Shown one piece after another: positions 21,256 to 28,728 of a stretch of DNA of 64,000 nucleotides. Each line of letters begins with the position of its first letter. Within the stretch, counting starts at the first letter, position 1. The notes under the pieces are model-generated. The model did not search any database. It saw only the letters and a list, made by a program, of their open reading frames with translations, and was not told the DNA's origin. The translations under genes and the position numbers were made by a program. The DNA is from an uncultured virus (IMG/VR IMGVR_UViG_2847556114_000004) (lineage: Duplodnaviria > Heunggongvirae > Uroviricota > Caudoviricetes), in IMG/VR virus record IMGVR_UViG_2847556114_000004. One strand, written 5' to 3'.

Positions 21256-21405
21256 TTACTTACCTTTTTTTCTGATGTTTTCAGCAGAGTCGGCAACAAA
21301 GGTATAACCTGTCCTCAGATTTCTTTCGGCTGGCTGTGGAGCCGGTTTAGGCTGTGGTGCGGGTTGAGGCTTATTTTCTCCAGATGGTTTGTTTGATTCA
21401 CTCAT
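21256..21405 (-). CDS. 49-aa Pro/Gln-rich peptide
   Basis: Translated by hand: MSESNKPSGENKPQPAPQPKPAPQPAERNLRTGYTFVADSAENIRKKGK; GGAG RBS; 3' end overlaps the moron 3' end. Confidence 0.6.
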   Translation of the reverse strand: MSESNKPSGENKPQPAPQPKPAPQPAERNLRTGYTFVADSAENIRKKGK

Positions 21406-21474
21406 ATAATTCTCCATGTTTGATAGGGTTATTTTTGGCGATTTAACGATATCAAATACAGTGATTTGCTGCTA

Positions 21475-22627
21475 AATAGCTGCGCGGAATAGTAGATCAC
21501 TGAAAGGGAACTCAGCCCGGATTGTGCGATCTGATCAATCGCCAAACCAACCAAAATCACCAACCGGACTGAGCGATGCCGATCATAGTACCAATACCCC
21601 GTGGCGAACGACGCCTGATGCAGAAAGCTATTCATAAAACGCGTGATAAAAATCATGCCCGCAGACTCACGGCCATGCTGATGCTTCATCGGGGTGAACG
21701 GGTCAGCGATGTTGCCAGAACTCTCTGTTGTGCCCGTTCATCCGTTGGTCGCTGGATTAACTGGTTTACGCACTCAGGTATTGAAGGCCTGAAATCCTTA
21801 CCCGCAGGGCGCTCCCGACGCTGGCCTTTTGAACATATCTGCACCCTGTTACGTGAGCTGATAAAGCATTCTCCCGGCGATTTTGGTTATCAACGTTCAC
21901 GCTGGAGCACCGAATTACTGGCAATAAAAATCAATGAGATAACCGGTTGCCAGTTACATGCAGGAACCGTTCGCCGCTGGTTGCCATCTGCGGGGCTTGT
22001 ATGGCGCAGGGCCGCGCCAACTCTGCGTATCCGTGACCCACATAAAGATGAAAAGATGGCGGTAATCCACAAAGCGCTGGATGAATGCAGCGCAGAGCAT
22101 CCGGTATTTTATGAAGATGAAGTGGATATCCACCTTAATCCTAAAATCGGTGCGGACTGGCAGTTGCGCGGACAGCAGAAACGGGTAGTGACGCCGGGGC
22201 AGAACGAAAAATACTATCTGGCCGGCGCACTGCACAGTGGCACGGGTAAAGTCAGCTACGTGGGCGGCAACAGCAAAAGTTCAGCGCTGTTTATCGCTCT
22301 GCTGAAGCACCTGAAAGCCACTTACCGGCGGGCGAAAACAATCACGCTGATCGTTGATAACTACATTATCCATAAAAGCCGCGAAACACAGCGCTGGTTG
22401 AAAGCAAATCCCAAGTTCAGGGTAATTTACCAGCCGGTTTACTCGCCGTGGGTGAATCATGTGGAACAGCTATGGCAGGCACTTCATGACACGATAACCC
22501 GTAATCATCAGTGCCGCTCAATGTGGCAGTTACTGAAAAAGGTCCGCCATTTTATGGAAACCGCCAGCCCATTCCCCGGAGGAAAACATGGTCAGGCAAA
22601 AGTGTAGCGGTATTAGGCGCAGCTATT
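21475..22627 (+). mobile_element. IS630-family element, 1153 bp, in a CTAG site
   Basis: IRs aatagctgcgc / gcgcagctatt, TA duplicated on both sides. Confidence 0.95.
21576..22607 (+). CDS. IS630 transposase
   Basis: 'FYEDE', 'IVDNYIIH', 'YSPWVNHVE' DDE motifs. Confidence 0.95.
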   Translation: MPIIVPIPRGERRLMQKAIHKTRDKNHARRLTAMLMLHRGERVSDVARTLCCARSSVGRWINWFTHSGIEGLKSLPAGRSRRWPFEHICTLLRELIKHSPGDFGYQRSRWSTELLAIKINEITGCQLHAGTVRRWLPSAGLVWRRAAPTLRIRDPHKDEKMAVIHKALDECSAEHPVFYEDEVDIHLNPKIGADWQLRGQQKRVVTPGQNEKYYLAGALHSGTGKVSYVGGNSKSSALFIALLKHLKATYRRAKTITLIVDNYIIHKSRETQRWLKANPKFRVIYQPVYSPWVNHVEQLWQALHDTITRNHQCRSMWQLLKKVRHFMETASPFPGGKHGQAKV

Positions 22628-22790
22628 TAGAGCATGCACTTATCTATAACTCGCCCCGGCACCCGCTGGGGCTTTTTTATTTCAGGCTCACGGGAATCAT
22701 CCGCTACGTGCTTTGTTGATAAATCCAGCCCGTGAAGCCTGACCCTTTTCAAACACACAGCGCCATCCGAACTATCGGAGGTGAGAGACT

Positions 22791-23129
22791 ATGAAAATGA
22801 ACGAAAAAACTCCTGACTTCTGGGCAGAGGTACTGAACGGCCTGAAAAACTCCTGGCCCCAGATATCGGGGGCGTTGTTTGCTGGCCTCATTGCCTACGG
22901 TCGCCTGATATATGGCGGTGCCACCCGTAAGAATAAATGGCTTGAGGGCGTCCTTTGTGGCGCTCTTTCTTTATGTATCACCAGTGCGCTTGATGTGGTC
23001 GGACTCCCGGTATCGATATCACCGTTTGTTGGCGGTGTGATTGGATTCGTTGGCGTGGACAAACTGCGCGAGATCGCTATCAGCGCACTCAGAAAAAGGG
23101 CAGGGGTGAACGATGACAATCAGCAATGA
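22791..23129 (+). CDS. Lambda-family holin with dual-start motif
   Basis: Met-Lys-Met start, three TM segments, 'IGFVGVDKLR'. Confidence 0.9.
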   Translation: MKMNEKTPDFWAEVLNGLKNSWPQISGALFAGLIAYGRLIYGGATRKNKWLEGVLCGALSLCITSALDVVGLPVSISPFVGGVIGFVGVDKLREIAISALRKRAGVNDDNQQ

Positions 23130-23601
23130 ACCGCGCTGGCTGGTGGAAGCCCGTAAATACATGGGGCAGATGGAAATTAAAGGCCCGCGACACAATCCGT
23201 TAATCCTCCAGTTCTGGAAGGACATTAAACGAGGTGGAATTAAAGATGATGAAACGCCCTGGTGTGCCGCTTACGTCGGGTCGATGCTTGAGCGCGTCGG
23301 AATCAAATCCACCCGTTTCGAGTCTGCAAAATCCTATCTCAACTGGGGCGTCGAACTTCGCGAGCCAGCCTATGGATGTGTGGTGGTATTCAGTCGCGAC
23401 GGCGGCGGCCATGTCGGATTTGTGGTCGGGCAGCACCAGAATGGTGACCTGATGGTCCTCGGTGGTAATCAGTCCGACGCTATCAATATTCGTGCATTCT
23501 CACGTTCCCGCGTGACGGGTTATCGTTGGCCGGTTAACGAGCCGAGGGATAGCCGCATGTTACCGTTGATGAATGGCACCAGTTCGGTGAAAGAATCATG
23601 A
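23113..23601 (+). CDS. Endolysin, NlpC/P60-CHAP-like (TIGR02594-type)
   Basis: 'DETPWCAAYV', 'GGGHVGFV', 'LGGNQSD'; between holin and spanin. Confidence 0.8.
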   Translation: MTISNEPRWLVEARKYMGQMEIKGPRHNPLILQFWKDIKRGGIKDDETPWCAAYVGSMLERVGIKSTRFESAKSYLNWGVELREPAYGCVVVFSRDGGGHVGFVVGQHQNGDLMVLGGNQSDAINIRAFSRSRVTGYRWPVNEPRDSRMLPLMNGTSSVKES

Positions 23602-24161
23602 TTGAAGCTCTACTCGCATCACTGAAAACGTCATGGCGCTGGTGGCTGGTAATTATCGCGGTGGTTATTGTCGGTGGCGCTGTCGCTATTCTCGGTGTTC
23701 TGCTGGCACACAGCCAGGCTGACCTGAGCACAGCGCAAAGCGATAAGCGAGTTCTGGAGCATGATAACGCGCTACAGGGACGGGTTATCGCGGTGCAGGC
23801 TTTCAACTTCAACCGCTTCAATCAGGTGGCTGAGAATGCCAGCCGCCTTAATTCGTTGATCGATGCAGGTACCGAAAAGACTGTCATCGAATACCGGGAG
23901 ATTCTCCGACGTGAAAAGACCTGTGATCTGCCTGTTCCTGCTGATGTCGCTGGTGGGTTGCTCGACTACGCGAACCGTTTACGTACCGGGGCAATGCACA
24001 CCGATTCCGGGAGCGCTGACGCAGCCAGTGATAACGCCACTACCGCCAGCACCCTGACATATTGCCAGGCGGTTCTCTGGATTGAGCCGTTGCTGGCCAT
24101 CATTGAGAAGGCGAATAACCAGCTAGCGGGGATACGGGAAATCGAACAAGACCGGCAATAG
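23598..24161 (+). CDS. i-spanin (Rz-like)
   Basis: N-terminal TM, coiled coil, position after endolysin. Confidence 0.75.
   Translation: MIEALLASLKTSWRWWLVIIAVVIVGGAVAILGVLLAHSQADLSTAQSDKRVLEHDNALQGRVIAVQAFNFNRFNQVAENASRLNSLIDAGTEKTVIEYREILRREKTCDLPVPADVAGGLLDYANRLRTGAMHTDSGSADAASDNATTASTLTYCQAVLWIEPLLAIIEKANNQLAGIREIEQDRQ
23911..24057 (+). CDS. o-spanin (Rz1-like lipoprotein) embedded in the +1 frame
   Basis: GGGAG RBS, GTG start, lipobox LVGC, Pro-rich tail. Confidence 0.7.
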   Translation: MKRPVICLFLLMSLVGCSTTRTVYVPGQCTPIPGALTQPVITPLPPAP

Positions 24162-24217
24162 GATTACAGAAGCTCTTCACTGAGGGGCTTCGATAATGAA
24201 ATCCTGAGGTAATAAAA

Positions 24218-24589
24218 ATGGCAAAAACAAAATGGCCTAAGTTACCGCGCTTTTTCGTTCCGTTGTTTCACTGTGCGAATGTGTATCTGTGTCGGTCAAA
24301 AGAGGAATGGCAGCAGGCAGAAAAAGCGCTTGGTGTCTCCCTGGCTGACGTAAGCATGTTCAACGGCGCGTGCCGCCATTTTTTCGATGATGTAACAGGT
24401 GAAAACGTTTATCTGATTGGTGTTTTCGATAACAGCGTTAGTACCCTTGTTCACGAATGCGCTCATGCAACGTTTTACTGCTGCAATGATGTTGGTGTGA
24501 CAATCGACACTGGAACGGCAAACGAAACCTACTGCTATCTGCTCGACAGAATGTTTTCGGCATTTTTGCCGTATATAAAACAGGATTAA
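24218..24589 (+). CDS. Hypothetical protein with HExxH motif
   Basis: 'TLVHECAHA...NETYCY'. Confidence 0.65.
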   Translation: MAKTKWPKLPRFFVPLFHCANVYLCRSKEEWQQAEKALGVSLADVSMFNGACRHFFDDVTGENVYLIGVFDNSVSTLVHECAHATFYCCNDVGVTIDTGTANETYCYLLDRMFSAFLPYIKQD

Positions 24590-24592
24590 CCC

Positions 24593-25231
24593 ATGGTGAA
24601 CGAAGACGAGCGCAGGCCACTTCCACCAGTTAATTTCATTGGCCCTGATAACTGGCAGCCCTACACCAGATTGATTCCCGCCAATGAAGTGCATGACTGG
24701 ATAAGCCATCAAATCCTCAGCGATAGCGGAAGCATCCATAACCCAGACCACGCTCATTTAATGGAAGCTGATTTGTGTTTTATGTGGGCTTCTGACTCAT
24801 TCGCGAAGAAAGGGCGCTACGTTCTCGGACAGGCCGAACAGGTAATGCTCCGCGCAGGTGGTTGGCAGAAAGCCAGAATGGAACAGCAGATGTATGAATG
24901 GTTCGGGCGCATCCCGAAGTTCATCATCACGCTGGCAGCCGACTACTGCTCACAATGCAGCGACCTTGAATTCTGCGCCCTGGTAGAGCATGAGCTTTAC
25001 CACATTGCCCAGGCCACCGATGATTTCGGCGCGCCGAAGTTCAACAAAGATACCGGGCAGCCGGTTCTGACACTGCGCGGACATGATGTCGAAGAATTTG
25101 TCGGTGTTGTGCGTAGATACGGGGCGAGCACTGAAGTGCAAGAACTGGTGGACGCAGCCAACCAACCTGCAGAGGTGGCAAAACTTAACATCGCCAGAGC
25201 GTGCGGGACGTGCATGCTGAAACTGGCTTAA
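24593..25231 (+). CDS. Putative phage metallopeptidase
   Basis: 'ALVEHELYHI...HDVEEF'. Confidence 0.75.
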   Translation: MVNEDERRPLPPVNFIGPDNWQPYTRLIPANEVHDWISHQILSDSGSIHNPDHAHLMEADLCFMWASDSFAKKGRYVLGQAEQVMLRAGGWQKARMEQQMYEWFGRIPKFIITLAADYCSQCSDLEFCALVEHELYHIAQATDDFGAPKFNKDTGQPVLTLRGHDVEEFVGVVRRYGASTEVQELVDAANQPAEVAKLNIARACGTCMLKLA

Positions 25232-25262
25232 ATACTGGACTGTATAAGACGAATGGTGATTT

Positions 25263-25751
25263 ATGGCTGCATTAAAACCTGATGTGAAAGCCTTCATCAT
25301 TCAGTCGCTTGCGTGTTATGACACACCATCGCAGGTGGTCGAGGCTGTCCAAAAAGAATTCGGGATCAATATAACCCGGCAACAGGCCGAATCTCACGAC
25401 CCTACGAAGGCCAGCGGTAAGACGCTCGCAAAAAAGTGGGTCGAACTTTTCAACGAAACCCGCGAGCGCTTCCAGACGGAAATTGCAGAAATCCCGATCG
25501 CTAATAAGGCTTATCGGCTTCGCGTACTGCAACGAATGTCTGTGACCGCCGAGAACATGAAAAACCTCGGCATGACGGCCCAGCTTCTCGAACAGGCCGC
25601 GAAAGAGGTCGGTGACGTTTATACCAACAAGCAGAAGGTTGAACAGAACGTTATATCGACTCATAACGTTATGCCGGTCCCGTCCTGCGATAACGTGGAC
25701 GACTGGGAAGCGGCAGCACAGAAGCAGCAGAGCGAGGTTCTTGGTGGATGA
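25263..25751 (+). CDS. Terminase small subunit (DUF2280-like)
   Basis: 'VKAFIIQSLACYDTPSQV', 'IPIANKAYRL'; overlaps terL. Confidence 0.8.
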   Translation: MAALKPDVKAFIIQSLACYDTPSQVVEAVQKEFGINITRQQAESHDPTKASGKTLAKKWVELFNETRERFQTEIAEIPIANKAYRLRVLQRMSVTAENMKNLGMTAQLLEQAAKEVGDVYTNKQKVEQNVISTHNVMPVPSCDNVDDWEAAAQKQQSEVLGG

Positions 25752-27319
25752 ATTACAAAGCCGTCTGGAAACCTCTGCCGGGATCGCAATCGCTCTCCCT
25801 GAGTTGCCCGTGTAACGAAATCCTCTATGAAGGTACGCGTGGGCCGGGTAAAACTGCCGCGCAGTTAGCTCGCTTTCGTCGCCTGGTTGGCCTGGGCTAT
25901 GGCTCATTCTGGCGCGGCGTTATTTTTGATACCGAGTATAAAAACCTCACCGACATCATCACCCAGTCAAAGCGTATGTACCGCCTGTTTAACGATGGGG
26001 CGCGTTATCTGGCATCGGCCAGTGAATTACGTTGGGTTTGGCCCACAGGCGAGGAGCTGCTGTTCCGATTCGGCAAAGAAGAGGGTGATTACTGGGACTA
26101 TCACGGGCAGGAGTTCCCGTTCATCGGCTTTAACGAGCTGACAAAGCAGCAGTCTGCTGAGTTCTACGAAATGATGTTCTCCTGCCGACGCTCGTCGTTC
26201 CGGCCGGAGAACTACCCGCTGGCTAACGGTAGCCTGTTGAAACCAATCCCGCTCGAAACATTCAGTACTACCAACCCGTTTGGCATCGGCCATACCTGGG
26301 TGAAGAAGCGCTTCATTGAGCCCGCGCCACGTGGGACCATCATTCGAGAAACGCAAAAGGTGTTTAACCCTCAGACTGAGCGAGAAGAGGACGTGACGCT
26401 GACGCGTGTCGCTATCCACGGTTCGTTCAAAGAGAACCCGTATCTGGATCCGCAGTACATCGCGACGCTGATGGCAATCAAAGACCCTAACCGGCGCAAA
26501 GCCTGGGTAGATGGTTCATGGGATGTCACCAGCGGTGGTCGCTTTGACCATCTGTGGAATGCCTCGCATCACGTGATTAAGCCGTTCCGCATTCCCGATA
26601 GCTGGACGGTTGACCGCTCTCATGACTGGGGAGAATCGAAGCCGTTCTCCAACCTCTGGTGGGCGCGGGCTGACGGCACCACCGCTGAGCTGCCTGATGG
26701 TCGCCAGTTCTGCCCGCCTGCCGGGTCGCTGATCCTCATTGGCGAGTGGTACGGCTGCCCGCCTGATGAGCTGAACAAAGGGCTGAATATGTCATCCACC
26801 AACGTTGCTAAGGGCGTGGCGTGGATTGATAAGCGTCTGGTGGGAGAGGAGCTTGCTGAGCCTGAGGAGATAAAACTCAACGGGGTGACGCAGGGGCAGC
26901 TGAACATCATGCCCGGTATCTGCAAGAAGGTTGTTCCCGGACCTGCTGACGGGGCTATCTACAACACCGGTGATGACGAATTATCTATTGCCCAGAAAAT
27001 GGAATCCCAGGGCGTTAAATGGGTGCCATCCAACAAGAAGCCGGGTTCACGCGTGAACGGCGCGGCACTGTTTGCTGACATGCTGGAGGCCGTCATTGAG
27101 GGCAAGAAGCTGGAATCAGGTATGCCAGAGAAACCAGCATTCTACGTGTTTGACTACTGCCGGGGCTGGATTAGCCGTGTTCCGGTTCTCGTTCGCGACA
27201 GTAAGAACCCTGACGATGTAGACACACAGCAGGAAGATCACGATTGGGATGGCACGCGCTATGCCGTCCTACATTCACCGCCGAAGAAAGTCGGCAAAGT
27301 CACCAGCCTGAGGCTCTAA
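25748..27319 (+). CDS. Terminase large subunit
   Basis: 'GTRGPGKT', 'FNELT', 'TTNP', 'HDWG', 'EDHDWDGTRY'. Confidence 0.9.
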   Translation: MNYKAVWKPLPGSQSLSLSCPCNEILYEGTRGPGKTAAQLARFRRLVGLGYGSFWRGVIFDTEYKNLTDIITQSKRMYRLFNDGARYLASASELRWVWPTGEELLFRFGKEEGDYWDYHGQEFPFIGFNELTKQQSAEFYEMMFSCRRSSFRPENYPLANGSLLKPIPLETFSTTNPFGIGHTWVKKRFIEPAPRGTIIRETQKVFNPQTEREEDVTLTRVAIHGSFKENPYLDPQYIATLMAIKDPNRRKAWVDGSWDVTSGGRFDHLWNASHHVIKPFRIPDSWTVDRSHDWGESKPFSNLWWARADGTTAELPDGRQFCPPAGSLILIGEWYGCPPDELNKGLNMSSTNVAKGVAWIDKRLVGEELAEPEEIKLNGVTQGQLNIMPGICKKVVPGPADGAIYNTGDDELSIAQKMESQGVKWVPSNKKPGSRVNGAALFADMLEAVIEGKKLESGMPEKPAFYVFDYCRGWISRVPVLVRDSKNPDDVDTQQEDHDWDGTRYAVLHSPPKKVGKVTSLRL

Positions 27320-27323
27320 ACCC

Positions 27324-28727
27324 ATGCCTGATATTTCAACCCCCAATCTGGACTATGGGAACATGGTGCAGGCGTGGGACATCAACGACGCCCTGATGGG
27401 CGGCACGCTGTACATGCGCCAGCTTGGTGAGGCTTATCTGCCGCGCTGGCCAAAAGAGGACAAAGAGGATTACAAAAAGCGCCTGGCTGTGGCCACGCTT
27501 CTTCCTGCCTACGAAGAGACCATCAACCAGAACGTTGGCCGCGTATTCGCTGAGCCGATCCAACTGGGCGAGAACGTCCCGGATGCGCTGCGCGAATTTG
27601 CGAGGAACGTGGATCTTGAAGGCAGTCGCCTCGATGTATGGGCACAGGCGTTCTTCAGCCTGGCGATGCAGTACGGTCTGTCCCACGCGCTGGTGGACTA
27701 CCCCCGGGTCGATGCCGAGCAGGTAAAGACCAAGGCTGATGAAAAGGCCACCGGAGCGCGTCCCTATGTGACGATGCTGAATCCCCGCCAGGTGATCGGC
27801 TGGAAGTCGACGATGACCGGCGGCAAGGTGCAGCTCACTGCGTTGCGCATCAAAGAGGTGGTGGTCGAAGATGGTGACGACTTTGGGCAGACCAAGGTTG
27901 AGCAGATTCGACTGCTGACGCCCGGGAAGGTGCAGATTTACCGCAAGGCCACTGGTGCCGATGGTCAGGTGAACTGGGCGCTGCATGAAGAGTGGCAGAC
28001 CTCCCGCCGAGATATCACCCTGGTCACGCTCTACACCAAACGTACCGGGTTTATGTGTGGTTCACCGCCGCTGCTCAACATGGCGCTGCTGAACGTTAAG
28101 CACTGGCAGAGCCAGAGCGAGCAGGACAACATTCTGCATGTCGCACGGGTGCCTCTGCTGACGGTATTTGGCCTTGGGGATGGTGAGGAGTTGGTTATCG
28201 GCTCTTCCTCTGCAACTCAGTTCTCCGACAGGCAGAAACAAGGGCTCGAATACGTCGAGCATACTGGCTCATCCATTGGTGCTGGCAAAGATTCGCTGAC
28301 TGACCTGGTGGAACAGATGCGCCAGGCGGGCGCGAAGCTGCTGCGCACTGACAACACCTCGACCAAGTCTGTTGACCAGACATCGGAAGAGAAGATGCAG
28401 GAGCAGTCGCCGCTCTACACCATGGCAACCAGCCTCGAGGATGCAATCGACAACATCCTGCAAATTATGGCTGAGTACATCGGTGAGAAGGATGGCGGCA
28501 GCGTCGATGTCCGCACTGAACTGGATGTCGAATCGAAGGAGTTCAACCCGCCGGCGGCGCTGGCTATTCAGTCGTTGCGCCAGGGTGGTGACCTCCGCCG
28601 TGTCGACGCGATTAAGGCGCTGCAGAAGCTCAACCTGATTGACGCTGACGCAGATCCCGATGTGGTGCTGAGCGAACTGCTGGCTGAATCGGCCACGCTG
28701 AGCGAACCGCCGACTGGCGAGGTGTGA
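27324..28727 (+). CDS. Portal protein (DUF4055-like)
   Basis: 'YLPRWPKE...Y..RL..A', 'PPLL..A.LN..HWQ'; position after terL. Confidence 0.85.
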   Translation: MPDISTPNLDYGNMVQAWDINDALMGGTLYMRQLGEAYLPRWPKEDKEDYKKRLAVATLLPAYEETINQNVGRVFAEPIQLGENVPDALREFARNVDLEGSRLDVWAQAFFSLAMQYGLSHALVDYPRVDAEQVKTKADEKATGARPYVTMLNPRQVIGWKSTMTGGKVQLTALRIKEVVVEDGDDFGQTKVEQIRLLTPGKVQIYRKATGADGQVNWALHEEWQTSRRDITLVTLYTKRTGFMCGSPPLLNMALLNVKHWQSQSEQDNILHVARVPLLTVFGLGDGEELVIGSSSATQFSDRQKQGLEYVEHTGSSIGAGKDSLTDLVEQMRQAGAKLLRTDNTSTKSVDQTSEEKMQEQSPLYTMATSLEDAIDNILQIMAEYIGEKDGGSVDVRTELDVESKEFNPPAALAIQSLRQGGDLRRVDAIKALQKLNLIDADADPDVVLSELLAESATLSEPPTGEV

Positions 28728-28728
28728 T

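Noticed and set aside
20811..21275. Independent 154-aa gene
   Set aside because: Its TTG start lies in the IS end; it is the 3' part of the gene starting at 18745.
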